Virus record (IMG/VR): IMGVR_UViG_3300024518_005299
Span: 32,001-96,000 of that record
Length of the DNA: 64,000 bases
Source of the DNA: a virus
Direction: 5' to 3' (one strand)
A program made the position numbers and the translations under genes. Shown in pieces: positions 10,701 to 20,505 of the stretch. The number at the start of each line of letters is the position of its first letter. Position 1 is the first letter of the stretch. Below the pieces are notes generated by a model. The model saw only the letters and a list, made by a program, of their open reading frames with translations. It searched no databases and was not told the origin of the DNA.

Positions 10701-12241
10701 AGTCGTGGACATTCTTAAGTTGGGTATTCCCGCCTACTATTTCAAATTCTGATCGCCATTACATCATGGCCAAGAGTGATGGTATGTCTGGTATTCAGGT
10801 TTACACACCGCCTGATAGTTTGAACCCAACTACGAATGCCTCGGGCATAATATCAGCTAGTGAAAATGGAAGCTTAGCTCCAGGACAATGGAATCATCTA
10901 GCCGTAGTATTTGATCGTAACAATAACGAATTCACAACGATTGTCAATGGTCGTTATGCCGGTACTACCTTTGACACTTTAGTAGAAGTGCCTGTAAATA
11001 ATTCTGGCATGGCATTCGGTGGTCGTGGAGATCAACAACTTGTGGCTTTGCCTGGAGGTAGTGCGTTTTCTGGTTATCTAGATGACCCAATGTTATTCTC
11101 CAGGGCTCTTACCCTACCGGAAGTCTCAGGGTTAGCAGCTAATAGTTATAGCTATAATGATGGGTATACTGAATTTACAGGAGGCCCAGTTGGTGGTTAT
11201 ATAAGTGGTCTTCCACAATTTATTATCTCAGGCTTAATTGGTTCGTTCTTACATGGTTCGGCTCAAGACGTTGAATTGATTGGTGGTTATGTCAGTGGTG
11301 TCGAGGGATTGTGTATTCCATATGGTGGTTTTATACATGGTAAAGCATTCACCAGTGGGCATATAGGCGCATTCCTACATGGATCTAAAGAAGCCAGTGG
11401 AGTCTTTGGGCACTTCATTCATGGTATTGATAGCGTTAGTGGATTCATTGGTCATTATGCGTTCGGTGCATGTGAGTCTAATGGCGAGTTTGATGTGATC
11501 CTTAATTTTTCTGTTATTACCAATAAAAGTTTTGATGCGCGGCTAGGTGTTGAGAAGACACAATTTATTGACTTTGATGCTAAGCTAGGTGTTATTCGAA
11601 TTACACAACCACCAAGCTGCACGTTTGAAGCGCCTCTAACTGGAGAGCTTGGATCGGGCACACCATTTGTACTAACCGTTAGTGGTAGTGGTATTGCGCA
11701 AGATAATAAAGATATCATTGGAACTCGTTTTACATTTGCTGATTTTAAAGACGCTGAAAAGGGTACGTTAGTTGGTGGTGTTGCTAATAGTGGGTTATAT
11801 CAAGCACAGCGCGAGTTTGATACGGCAGGTTGGTTCACGCTGAAAATCGAAGTTATCGACAGCTTTGGTTATCGTGCTAGTTGCTGTCGTCCATTTTTAC
11901 TCGTGCCATCCGGCTCTACATCAGGCGCATTCATCAATAGCCTACCAGGAGTTTCAATTGAAAGTTCAACAAATACTGGTAGTGCCATTAATACGGTATC
12001 CTTTACGCACTCATTATCGGGTTTAGATACAACCAGCGGGTTGTTATCGTACACGGATTACAGTGATCAACAAGAGAGTTTAGTTGACAGCTTAGAGATG
12101 CCAGTGGGCACTCAGTTTGTTGACTTTGTTAGGAGGCATGACTACACCATGCCAGGTTTTTACTGCCCTATCTTTGTTGTCTCGGGCGAGTTCGGCATTG
12201 TGTCGGATACCGTTGCGAATGGAATTGACTACATTGTTTAA
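7730..12241 (+). CDS. Large tail fibre/adhesin with LamG (concanavalin A-like) and C-terminal PKD/Ig-like domains, 1503 aa
   Basis: LamG-type motifs LAPGQWNHLAVVFD..TIVNG..AFGG..FSGYLDDPMLFSRALT, LVGYWDW, LGYWPLDE, ISHWKFDD. PKD-like REFDTAGWFTLKIEVID and RHDYTMPGFYCPIFVV. Confidence 0.7.
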   Translation: MARAWNPNPGSVNYWRSDNPCLVLLHLMGDDEPPPPTAASLGPWSTFRKDSGPMKLHVTDGTNPDAASFETNIGVATTGLAPSQNFGDGTGHPTTSDSGLIFNGSSWVAGAHAEGFGVNFGDYLMERENATSNGGMGTWSFSNPSGLTICGWCNFAKTSTNTSTYRRIVGVRSIEGSTNGGWSVSIRPNDMSLRWEFVIAGGTRLRAVTTIGNANNPVPDEPFFFACQISRDRENEQGTGYTSCNASGVMSIWIGTPQSGLIHTTRGSFAHSNVCGWGPLRADYISYGGTGNGVNGISSSEHLSPNSVIDSIAVINDAPSTSGLEVLRLNGWNHVPATSDVEHSSFVPVLPGTEDLVGYWDWIDEFTSQGEDSFVLLNKAPTTSGILPIDFIAPGGASFGATFSTADNTADPVVPFTNKSMIPNETTTVGGQISNVNDTGIGVLIPAGSGINHLFPSTNPGKEGWTWIYWAQNAVEIGWQHKTLTQNNTKFVENYGDASNFENPGSYNVNFRGSGIIKEGIMYTPAATTNNRNLRKVATDEWHLRAIVWQTDATMVYSYWDGNSLEFASQRAHPSSGFSKEGHVEDPDASVFRIRNATPGSVTTSQWGPVAVYNRILSVAEMSGWALSGVSTVPFVSPIGTNFKQTLGYWPLDEFTVYHPTIVSGVRLNDESWYRHHLTNVSGQFSFDADPLNSRIANNALQVDTSGAMVSLERIFTGSNLDMSNTRVVGSSGFSMGCWMHLPSGDLETQGNGSSGLFGDHMFMGCWDQEVDSRSWFLGMVDNKIRGRVVLDDGTVRNFSTNLTPRFNDKFFVGMDVQPSGSVLNGRMFYAEEFADDEFLAIHDSTFGNSTDVLQSVGASGFSILNAPNLQFGFPSGTRMNNPFVYAGAPIVSDWIGIKQAGINEVTLGSGAVSVTDPENISHWKFDDQASRFVDFGKEQNFLFPINQDGNKIGVIGAIHSSGVVIRRPEYYDTLANNPQSRRLDLGSGNQSWTFLSWVFPPTISNSDRHYIMAKSDGMSGIQVYTPPDSLNPTTNASGIISASENGSLAPGQWNHLAVVFDRNNNEFTTIVNGRYAGTTFDTLVEVPVNNSGMAFGGRGDQQLVALPGGSAFSGYLDDPMLFSRALTLPEVSGLAANSYSYNDGYTEFTGGPVGGYISGLPQFIISGLIGSFLHGSAQDVELIGGYVSGVEGLCIPYGGFIHGKAFTSGHIGAFLHGSKEASGVFGHFIHGIDSVSGFIGHYAFGACESNGEFDVILNFSVITNKSFDARLGVEKTQFIDFDAKLGVIRITQPPSCTFEAPLTGELGSGTPFVLTVSGSGIAQDNKDIIGTRFTFADFKDAEKGTLVGGVANSGLYQAQREFDTAGWFTLKIEVIDSFGYRASCCRPFLLVPSGSTSGAFINSLPGVSIESSTNTGSAINTVSFTHSLSGLDTTSGLLSYTDYSDQQESLVDSLEMPVGTQFVDFVRRHDYTMPGFYCPIFVVSGEFGIVSDTVANGIDYIV
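11192..11467 (+). repeat. Degenerate ~14-aa His/Gly tandem repeat within the fibre protein
   Basis: SGLIGSFLHGSAQD / YGGFIHGKAFT / SGHIGAFLHGSKEA / SGVFGHFIHGIDSV / SGFIGHYAFG. Confidence 0.7.
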
Positions 12242-12877
12242 ATGAGAAAAACACTTCATCAAAAGGATTTAGATTTTTTTCAAACACCTAATGAACTTAA
12301 TTGTTATTGGGCGGGTTTCATAGCGGCTGATGGAAATATCCAGCCTTCTAAAAATACTGTATGCGTTGTGCTTGCAGCAAAAGACAAATGTCATTTGGAA
12401 AAATTAGCAAAAGATATTCAGTATACTGGATCTGTTAAAGACACTATTACTAAACTAAATAATAAATCTTATCCGGGTGCCCGTTTGAGTATTTGTGGCG
12501 CATCTAATATCATCCACGATCTAGAATTGAATTTCAACATCATAGCCAATAAGTCTTTGACCTTACAATCACCCCAACATCTATCTAGAAGATTATCGTT
12601 GGCATTTATTATTGGATATTTTGATGGTGATGGCTCTACTGGAGTATACAAAAGTACAGGTCGTAGAATGGTGTTTTTAGGCACTTACGATATGCTTAGC
12701 TGGATTAAAGTAATATTTGATGAAGAGTTTCCACAACATGTTTATAAAAATCTGCCCACTGTACGTAAACATAAGGGCATATATGAATATGGCGTTTGTG
12801 GTAAAAGGGCAGAGTATATCATGTCCAAATTGCGAGAAATTGATGTGCCTCGTCTGGGAAGAAAGTGGGCTAGATGA
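12242..12877 (+). mobile_element. Free-standing LAGLIDADG homing endonuclease
   Basis: YWAGFIAADGNI and FIIGYFDGDGS motifs. Starts immediately after the upstream TAA and ends in an ATGA overlap. Confidence 0.88.
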
Positions 12878-15120
12878 CATGTTCAGACGATCCATCAGGA
12901 GTATTTGAATTTATAACTCGTCCTATTACTTATCCTAGACTACCGTTTCAGTTGACGTCAGGTGAGTTGGTGACGTTTGAATCAAGATTCTTTTCATTAC
13001 CGGCATATAGTCTATTAGCTGCCAAACGCCTATTTACAGAATCGGCTTCTCATCCTATCGCCAGTGGTGACGTTAAGCTTTACATCAATAAAGATGCGGG
13101 GATCGCTCCTAATATTGAGCCCACTCTAAGCGGCGTTGAGTATCTAGACGGGACGCCACACTATGTGGATTATATAACAGACATGCGTTCGCTCCTTAGT
13201 GAGGTAGTTAACTTACAAGCAGCAGATTCTGATTGGCTTGCATCTCATTTTCTAGAAGCTCATTTAAGTAACGCTCGTGCAACCTATGCTACAGACGTGG
13301 GGGATGGTCAATTTGTACATCCCGAACCAACTAGCACGGTCCCTTCTGGAGCAACTCCTCCTGGATCTTCAGGTTCTATCCAGCCTCCTGGTGATGGATT
13401 TGAATTAGGCGCACAACAAATGATGGATATTGATATGGATGAGATTATGTATCTTCCAATCATCCGTCCTAAAAATCAAAGTTCAACATCGATTGATACT
13501 GCTTCTATTCCTACTGAGCCAATATTTCCTGCCGTGATTACTACAGCAGGTGCAGCGCCAATATTAAATTCTTTTGATGAAAATAATTATAATCAGCTTG
13601 CTTTAGGGGTTCATGCCTCTGGCGGTGGGTTGTTAGTGACTGGAGATGTATTAATCAATGGAGCGCAGGCTCCTGATCTTACATCACCTTCCGTTAAGTT
13701 TTTGACTGGGTCTGGTCAAACCGGAGTAGCAGAAGGAGCATTTAGAGAAGAAATTCCATGGGCTTTATATCCTGCGCAAAGGGAACTTTGTTCTTACTAC
13801 ACGCCAGAAGTTGCGATTAACACAATCAACGCATCGGGGCGGCAGGCGCTCTTCGATGTTCCCGGCGTGTCTTTAACAAACAATACAGTATTGCTTCTAA
13901 ATGTATCCGAGGCGGGTACTAGTGGACAAGTAGTTGCTAATTATCCTGCAAATTACCATGCCACAAGTGGTATTGATGCCAATGGACATGCACATAACGG
14001 TGTTCATGTTTGTAATAAGTTGATCTATGATGTAGGTAGTAACCCGGCAGTTGGTTTTAGTCCTGTTAATGGTCAGAAAGTATTTGCTCATTATCTCGAT
14101 TCGTCTTCTACCAGTTCGAAAGGTCGTCCGTGGTCGTCTGCAGCAGCAAAATATCAAAATGGTGATAACCTATTTGGAAAGGGTCAAATCGTTACCGCGT
14201 TTGATGGAAGCACTGGTTCGGTTATTAACTGGGCTAGTACTAATAATACATTTTCGCCAGTGTCTTGGGCAGAGCTTAAAACAGAGGCGTTACAACCCAT
14301 TGTCTTCTTTGGTCATGCGAGTGTTAATTTTCAGACAGCAGACATACAGGCGGGGTCTGATCGTGGAGTTATATCGCTTAAACAATATGCACAATGGGGA
14401 TTTATTGATACTATCGTCTTTCCTGATTTAGATCGCGCGCAGGGTGGACAACGTAAGACGAGTACTATCACTACAACAACTAGTAGTTATAAAGAAGGTA
14501 AGAATTCTATTGGGGAATTTGCTTGGATTGAGTTAGATGATTCTCCGGTGACTACGACATCCGACATTATATTTTACGAGAATACATTTGGTGTTAACAA
14601 TATCTTTTCATTCTTTTTTGATCAAAGGCCCGGTAATGGATTTGTGCATGTCAATGGAGATATTTATGTGCAGTGGACCCTTCTCTCATTTGCGGCTGGT
14701 GATGCCACTTTGCGCAATAATCTATTTGCTCCTATCGGTGATAGGTCATTTATATTAACGCCACCGGAGAGTCGATCTGATGTGATCGTCACTATTGGAT
14801 TTTTCCCATCATGGGCGCGACGTCGTTATATTACTGTTAATAACCAAGTTTCAGTTCCAAGGAACATTGAGTTGTCGCCAGCTAATTCATCCACTATTTC
14901 ATTTGATCCGGATATTGGATTTGATGATACTTTTGTCACAGAATATAGCGCTCCAGTTTGGGATCCAGACAATGGGGTAAATTATCTTTATTTTCGATGG
15001 AGCGATGGTGGTTCGACCAGGATCTTTTTTGCTCATATGAATACAGATTTTGTCATTTTTCGAATTAACCAAGTGTCTGAGGGCGTCTTATTTGGTAGGC
15101 CAGTCCTATTGTCAATTTAA
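12874..15120 (+). CDS. Putative tail/fibre structural protein, 748 aa
   Basis: S/T/G/P-rich, beta-type composition, structural module context. Confidence 0.45.
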   Translation: MTCSDDPSGVFEFITRPITYPRLPFQLTSGELVTFESRFFSLPAYSLLAAKRLFTESASHPIASGDVKLYINKDAGIAPNIEPTLSGVEYLDGTPHYVDYITDMRSLLSEVVNLQAADSDWLASHFLEAHLSNARATYATDVGDGQFVHPEPTSTVPSGATPPGSSGSIQPPGDGFELGAQQMMDIDMDEIMYLPIIRPKNQSSTSIDTASIPTEPIFPAVITTAGAAPILNSFDENNYNQLALGVHASGGGLLVTGDVLINGAQAPDLTSPSVKFLTGSGQTGVAEGAFREEIPWALYPAQRELCSYYTPEVAINTINASGRQALFDVPGVSLTNNTVLLLNVSEAGTSGQVVANYPANYHATSGIDANGHAHNGVHVCNKLIYDVGSNPAVGFSPVNGQKVFAHYLDSSSTSSKGRPWSSAAAKYQNGDNLFGKGQIVTAFDGSTGSVINWASTNNTFSPVSWAELKTEALQPIVFFGHASVNFQTADIQAGSDRGVISLKQYAQWGFIDTIVFPDLDRAQGGQRKTSTITTTTSSYKEGKNSIGEFAWIELDDSPVTTTSDIIFYENTFGVNNIFSFFFDQRPGNGFVHVNGDIYVQWTLLSFAAGDATLRNNLFAPIGDRSFILTPPESRSDVIVTIGFFPSWARRRYITVNNQVSVPRNIELSPANSSTISFDPDIGFDDTFVTEYSAPVWDPDNGVNYLYFRWSDGGSTRIFFAHMNTDFVIFRINQVSEGVLFGRPVLLSI

Positions 15121-15131
15121 GATTTATTCTA

Positions 15132-15154
15132 TTTAGTGTATAATTAAAAGGAGG
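15132..15154 (+). promoter_or_regulatory. Putative promoter -10 and SD upstream of a GIY-YIG gene
   Basis: TTTAGTG-TATAAT (TATAAT at 15139-15144), then AGGAGG at 15149-15154. TTTAGTGTAT also occurs at 6887-6896. Confidence 0.45.
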
Positions 15155-15160
15155 ATAGGA

Positions 15161-15874
15161 ATGCAAACAGGTGTGTATCAGATTAGAAATCTTAAAAATG
15201 ACAAGCTCTATATTGGCAGCGCCGCCGGTCAACGCGGTTTTGAGCACCGCTGGGGTAATCATTTGAGTGATTTGAATCTTGGTCGACACGACAATTCTTA
15301 CTTACAAAGAGCTTGGGATAAGTATGGTGCTGAAGCTTTTATTTTTGAGATTCTAGAGATGTGTCTTTCCGAGCAATGTATTGAGCGAGAGCAGCACTAT
15401 ATGGATTCTTTACTTTTTGCTAGCTGTAATGATCAGAGATTTAAACAATTAGGATATAATATTCTGAGGGTGGCTAGTAGTTCGTTAGGGTATAGACATT
15501 CTGATGAAACAAAGATTAAGATGAGCCAATCAGCTAGTGGCAAGAACCATCCTATGTTTGGTAAAAATCTTACACAAGAGCGCAGAATGAAGATTAGTAA
15601 AGCATTACAAGGTAATAAGAACTCTCAAGGCGTTGTGCGTTCTGAAGAGGAGAGGCGACGAATCTCACAATTGCATAAAGGAAAGATAGTGTCTTTAGAA
15701 ACGAGAAATAAGTTATGTTTAGCAAATGCCAAGCTAACAATAGAACAAGTGCGTCAAATTAGACATATGTTAGCATTAGGGTGTGCTCAACAAAAGATTG
15801 CGGAAGTTTTCAATATGTCGAAAAAGGCTATTTCTAAGATTAAATTAGGACAAACATGGGGTGACATCAAATGA
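15161..15874 (+). mobile_element. Free-standing GIY-YIG homing endonuclease
   Basis: GVYQIRNLKNDKLYIGS, LFASCNDQRFKQLGYN, NUMOD3-like repeats, KIKLGQTWGDIK end. Confidence 0.9.
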
Positions 15875-16527
15875 ACTCGCTAACTTTTTTTGCTCCATCG
15901 GGGGCTCCTGCGTCAGGGACTGTGATTGAAGCTTTAGATCCGCCCGGTAACACCTCAGGTGCTAATAGCGTAGGATTTTTTGGAGCAGGCGGTCCTCAAG
16001 GGGTGCCATTTGCAATTATCGTTAATAAGTACCAGGATTCCACCTATATTACAGGCGTAAGCGGTTATAATATGGGCGTTGCTCCATTTGGAGTGAAGGC
16101 TAGTGGAGAACTTCTTAATACCAAATTTGAAGATACAACCTTGGCTAACGTTGCTGGTGTCGCTGGGGTAACATTAGCTGACATCCCCCAACTTTCTGGG
16201 ACCGTGCTCGTGCGCTTTGTACCATCAGGAGTTACTCCGGTGAGGACGCAAAATGTCCTATGTCGTACTGTAGTTCTTAATGCATCTAGCGGTGTAGACG
16301 ATGTGGCTGGCGTACCTGTAGGTTTAAAAATCCAAGGCTTTGAGCCTGGTGCTGATAGTTCTTGGACTCAAACGGCTGGCATTGGCGCTCTAGATAATCG
16401 CGTCTTCCTAGTTGATCACAATGCTACAGATCTAGTGCATGATTTCTTCGTATCACTTTCAGCTTCACCAGAGGCAGTTGGTGAACGTAATGATTTTGGT
16501 TTCCTATTCATAGTTGAGTTCCTTTAA
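15871..16527 (+). CDS. Putative virion structural protein, 218 aa
   Basis: Gly/Ser/Val-rich, ATGA overlap, 8 Ser-Gly dipeptides like the other structural ORFs. Confidence 0.45.
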   Translation: MNSLTFFAPSGAPASGTVIEALDPPGNTSGANSVGFFGAGGPQGVPFAIIVNKYQDSTYITGVSGYNMGVAPFGVKASGELLNTKFEDTTLANVAGVAGVTLADIPQLSGTVLVRFVPSGVTPVRTQNVLCRTVVLNASSGVDDVAGVPVGLKIQGFEPGADSSWTQTAGIGALDNRVFLVDHNATDLVHDFFVSLSASPEAVGERNDFGFLFIVEFL

Positions 16528-16611
16528 GATGTCAAAAGACATCAAGATAGGTGTCTACACTATTACTAATATTGGAAACATGTGATAGTTTTAAAATGGA
16601 GAGGTTAAACG

Positions 16612-17085
16612 ATGAATTTAAAAACGATAGCAGAAAGTGCGCCATATCATTTGGCGACTAGTATCAATCAAACTCCTTTCCACAGATTTTGGGTAGTGTT
16701 GTTAGAAAATGGTTTAGAGGTTTATCAATCTTGTGATGATCCTAAGTTAAAAGAACCAAATTCGTGGATGCGCCTTAAACAATTTTGTCAAGACAACAAT
16801 GTGAAGCCTGCGAGTATGGCGGTTGCAAGCGCAGACTTAAATCCACATACGCAGATTAATCTAGATCCTCTTGCGGAGGGTTATTTCTACACCAAGCGGA
16901 TACGTAAGTTAATAGCGGCTAATCCTAATTTTTCGGGTCGTGAAGACCACGCCCAGGGTGTCGGACAGCTATATAAGGATACGCTAAAAATTATCTGGGA
17001 GCTTGATGATGGTAGGATTGAAATGGAAGAACGGAATATCAAAGATAATCCAAAATCCAACTTGGTATCACTTATAAGAAAATAG
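16612..17085 (+). CDS. Hypothetical protein, 157 aa
   Basis: GGAGAGG SD upstream and a clean ORF. Confidence 0.55.
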   Translation: MNLKTIAESAPYHLATSINQTPFHRFWVVLLENGLEVYQSCDDPKLKEPNSWMRLKQFCQDNNVKPASMAVASADLNPHTQINLDPLAEGYFYTKRIRKLIAANPNFSGREDHAQGVGQLYKDTLKIIWELDDGRIEMEERNIKDNPKSNLVSLIRK

Positions 17086-17086
17086 G

Positions 17087-20000
17087 ATGACTTATAGTCT
17101 AGCGGGAGAAAGCATTAGCGTTGAGGGCTTGGGGCTTGGTGACTGCAGCCCAATTATTACCTTCCCGTCTGGGCAAGTTCCCCTTAGTCAACCAGGCCAT
17201 GACTTAGAAGCGGCATTGCTGCAAATCAATGCTAGTTTTGGTTTTAATACCACCCCTCATAATTTCAACACATCATGGGTGCCTACCCGCGATGACCCGC
17301 AGGGATTTCATGGCGCTAGTGGACAGGCGCCTCTTCCCGGGGAAATCATCGGCTTTACTGTTGGTCAATTTTTAGTCAGTGGTGAGATTGTTCACTCAGA
17401 ATACCGAGTGAATTCAGGTGGCACTATCCTACAGATTAATCTTCGTGATACTCGTCGCTGTCTAGATGCCATTAAGTTGATGACAGAAGACCTTAAGGAT
17501 AATCCTGGGTCTGGCGTGATTTCTGTCGCGCGCGGTGTTCGTATCACCAAAGGTTTTACAGATATTGAAGGGAATATTTCCGAGGCACTCTTTCGGGAGT
17601 ACCGCAAGGTTTTAGAGCAAGGCTGCACATATCCTCAGATTCTAGATGCTATTCAGCTTGCTATTGATACAGGTGAAATTCAATTTGATATCAGCAAGAT
17701 TCCATCTAGAGAAGATCTTGAAGCAAATCTGGGTGGTGATGCGGCTGCGATTCGATTTAACTTTACAGGAGAGCCCCTCTCAGAAGCCATCACTCGTATT
17801 TTAGAAGCCACAGCGTATGATTGGTATTGGAGTATGTCCGAACAAAAGATACGCCTTATCAATCGGAAGATAGCTTTTGAGCTACGCGAAGATGAGCTGC
17901 TTAATATCGTCGCATCTCTAGGTGCAGCTAGTGGACTTGAGCAAACAACAAGCTTACAGTTCGGTGATGACTTAGTGACCCAACCACGTCGTGTTCGCCT
18001 ACTTGGCGCGCACCAAGAGGGCTGGTTGAACTCTGCGCTCCTAGCTGATATTGATGGTGTTGACGCGCCAGCATCCGGTATAGTTTTTACTCCAGCATGG
18101 CCTAACTTTTCCGTTCAATTCACAGATGCAGTAGGCATCTTGCGTGATTATATACCTGGTGATACAGAACTTCGTGCTGCTCTTAAAAGCATTGAGCATT
18201 GGACTTATTTTAAGAAGTATCAGACTACGGCACCTAACCTGGGCTTGACGTCTCCTGGATTTGGCTTGCCTATTGATGCGGGTAGTATTGCTGCACAACA
18301 TCCAGATTTTGCGAGTCGCGCTGATCCAGCCCAGCCTATTGCTACTCTAGGTGGTAATGAGTCAGGACAACTTCGTTTGATTAATAATCGTCGTGACGCT
18401 AATCAGAACTGGGTGCTCAATTTTTATAATCGTGTTCGTGATCATGCTACGAGATTCTTTGGTCGCGCCTATCTAGCGTCTGGCATTTTGGCTAATGAAG
18501 CTTCTGGTGCCTTCAAGCTTGCGACTGCAGCCTGGGGGAATGTTGAGAACCAGGTAGAGGGGCAGAGCATTAGTGCTACGGGCTCTAGTGGCCTCTTTGT
18601 CAATAACTATGAGATAAATCGTGATCTTGGTCCTCTCGCGCCTTTCAAAGGGACAGACGACAAGATTGCTTCATATGCTGTTTTGCCGTCTGGTACGGTT
18701 TATGGCACTGAGGGCGAAGAGCCACCCGCAGCCTTCGGTCAGTGGACGGAAGACTATAACATAGGTAACGTCCCAGCAACTTCAGGTCGCCGTGCACGTA
18801 CTGGAGAGCATTACATTCCTGTTACTCTTCTAGAGGTGGGCGATTTAGTCATCGATCCTCGTGATCCTTTAGCTGCATTTGAAGCGTATCCAGAGGGGAC
18901 TGTATTATGCGAGCTTCCAATTATCGCAGGCACAGGTTTATCTGAAAACTTTACTTTTCGTAATCTTGTTACTTTAACGGAAGACGCGCTAGACTCTGCT
19001 GGGTCTGGCATATTTGATTTACCTGATCCAGGTTTGTTGGTAGAGCCATATCAAACGTTAGTAGGAGTAGCTCTTCCGGTTACATTCACTGAACGTTATG
19101 GTATGTCATTTCCACAAGAATGGACGAGTGGAACTTTAAGTACAGATTGTGATAGTGAAATGGTAGTTGTAGATGATACATTTGCTCCATGGAACTTTCC
19201 ACCACAGGGACGAACGACCTCTCTCCAATTAATGGAGGATCGTGCTTTCCGTCGCTTGCAAGGCTTGATCGCGCCCGCAGCCAATTCTCAATTTGCTCAG
19301 ATTGAACTCGTTGGATTGCCAACAATCTCTTTTGACTCATTCTCTAATGCAGCACCCAACGCTAGTGGATTTATAGGCATTAGGAATCATGGTATCACTG
19401 ATGTTAACTTTAGTCTTGGCGTTGGTGGCATCCTCACAAATTATCGCATTGGAAGTTTCTTTGCAGAGTTTGGAAAAGAAGCACCTCTCGGTGAACGTCA
19501 ACGTGCAATTCTAAATGGTATTATTAATCCCATAGATGTTGATTTAGCCAGTCCACTTACGCCAACAGAAAGGACTCGTCCCCGTCGACCCAATGGTCCG
19601 ACAGTGATTAGCAACATCCCAGGGCGGGGCGAGACAATTCGTCGTGCTACTATTGATGAGGTGAATTTCGCCTTGACATTCAACAACACCCCTGATGCTG
19701 GTACGCAAGAACGCTATCGTGGCGTGACTAAACAAGAATACACAGTACCTGCTAAAATTGCTGGTAGCACTGATCCAGATTTTGATGATACGGTTGGAAA
19801 GGGCGGCGCATTTTGTATAGATGGATTTTTGAATATTGGTGATGAAGCACTTTACCACGTAAATGAATCTAAACTCCCAGGGCAACTTAGGGTTATCCAA
19901 CGTTACTGGGCTGGCGGTCGTCCATTCTCGAATGGTACTGTGGTTTTTGTCAGCGGCATTGGCAGTACGTCTTCCTTGTTTGATGTGGCAATTCAAGGCA

Positions 20001-20449
20001 CGAGCCCTCTTCGCCGTCTAGCTGACGTGCCTCTTTTAAATGGAGCAGTGAGCGTTGGAGAGTTTTCAACTTTAGCTGCTCAAGCATCTCAAGGTACTCC
20101 TCGTGTTTTAGAACGTCCAGGTTCGGCATTGGCTGTTCCGGGTGTATTTCTTAATCCAGGTGGTAACTCTTCACTACCAGTGGAGATTGTGTCGATCACA
20201 GATGTAGGAACCTCGGGGGCTATTGTGTCAGTGAGGAAGCTGACAGACAATGGCGATATAGATAAAAATGCAAGTTTAGAAACGAACGTTGTTCCTATTC
20301 CACATGCAGAGTTTGTGATCGTAGGTGACAAAGGGGTGTTCTTGAGTGCTGCAGTTTTAAATACAAACTCAAGTAGTCCCGGGACGGGTGAGGAAGAGGT
20401 AGGCAAATTCTTTATGTCAAATAGACAGAATTTTATCAAGTTTGGATAA
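17087..20449 (+). CDS. Large putative tail-tip/baseplate protein, 1120 aa
   Basis: Last gene before the replication module. Composition resembles structural proteins. No enzyme motif recognised. Confidence 0.45.
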   Translation: MTYSLAGESISVEGLGLGDCSPIITFPSGQVPLSQPGHDLEAALLQINASFGFNTTPHNFNTSWVPTRDDPQGFHGASGQAPLPGEIIGFTVGQFLVSGEIVHSEYRVNSGGTILQINLRDTRRCLDAIKLMTEDLKDNPGSGVISVARGVRITKGFTDIEGNISEALFREYRKVLEQGCTYPQILDAIQLAIDTGEIQFDISKIPSREDLEANLGGDAAAIRFNFTGEPLSEAITRILEATAYDWYWSMSEQKIRLINRKIAFELREDELLNIVASLGAASGLEQTTSLQFGDDLVTQPRRVRLLGAHQEGWLNSALLADIDGVDAPASGIVFTPAWPNFSVQFTDAVGILRDYIPGDTELRAALKSIEHWTYFKKYQTTAPNLGLTSPGFGLPIDAGSIAAQHPDFASRADPAQPIATLGGNESGQLRLINNRRDANQNWVLNFYNRVRDHATRFFGRAYLASGILANEASGAFKLATAAWGNVENQVEGQSISATGSSGLFVNNYEINRDLGPLAPFKGTDDKIASYAVLPSGTVYGTEGEEPPAAFGQWTEDYNIGNVPATSGRRARTGEHYIPVTLLEVGDLVIDPRDPLAAFEAYPEGTVLCELPIIAGTGLSENFTFRNLVTLTEDALDSAGSGIFDLPDPGLLVEPYQTLVGVALPVTFTERYGMSFPQEWTSGTLSTDCDSEMVVVDDTFAPWNFPPQGRTTSLQLMEDRAFRRLQGLIAPAANSQFAQIELVGLPTISFDSFSNAAPNASGFIGIRNHGITDVNFSLGVGGILTNYRIGSFFAEFGKEAPLGERQRAILNGIINPIDVDLASPLTPTERTRPRRPNGPTVISNIPGRGETIRRATIDEVNFALTFNNTPDAGTQERYRGVTKQEYTVPAKIAGSTDPDFDDTVGKGGAFCIDGFLNIGDEALYHVNESKLPGQLRVIQRYWAGGRPFSNGTVVFVSGIGSTSSLFDVAIQGTSPLRRLADVPLLNGAVSVGEFSTLAAQASQGTPRVLERPGSALAVPGVFLNPGGNSSLPVEIVSITDVGTSGAIVSVRKLTDNGDIDKNASLETNVVPIPHAEFVIVGDKGVFLSAAVLNTNSSSPGTGEEEVGKFFMSNRQNFIKFG

Positions 20450-20462
20450 ATTTTTAAAAGCA

Positions 20463-20493
20463 CGCACGAAAACGTCTACTTGACACATAATAG
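20463..20493 (+). promoter_or_regulatory. Phage promoter motif copy 1 (CGCACGA-N14-CACATAATAG)
   Basis: Intergenic, at the boundary of the structural and replication modules. Exact match of both boxes to copies at 33615 and 57957. Confidence 0.75.
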
Positions 20494-20505
20494 TCTAGAG
20501 GAACT

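Noticed and set aside
16528-16543. Hairpin GATGTC-aaaa-GACATC after a structural gene
   Set aside because: Only 6 bp and no U-tract, too weak to call a terminator.
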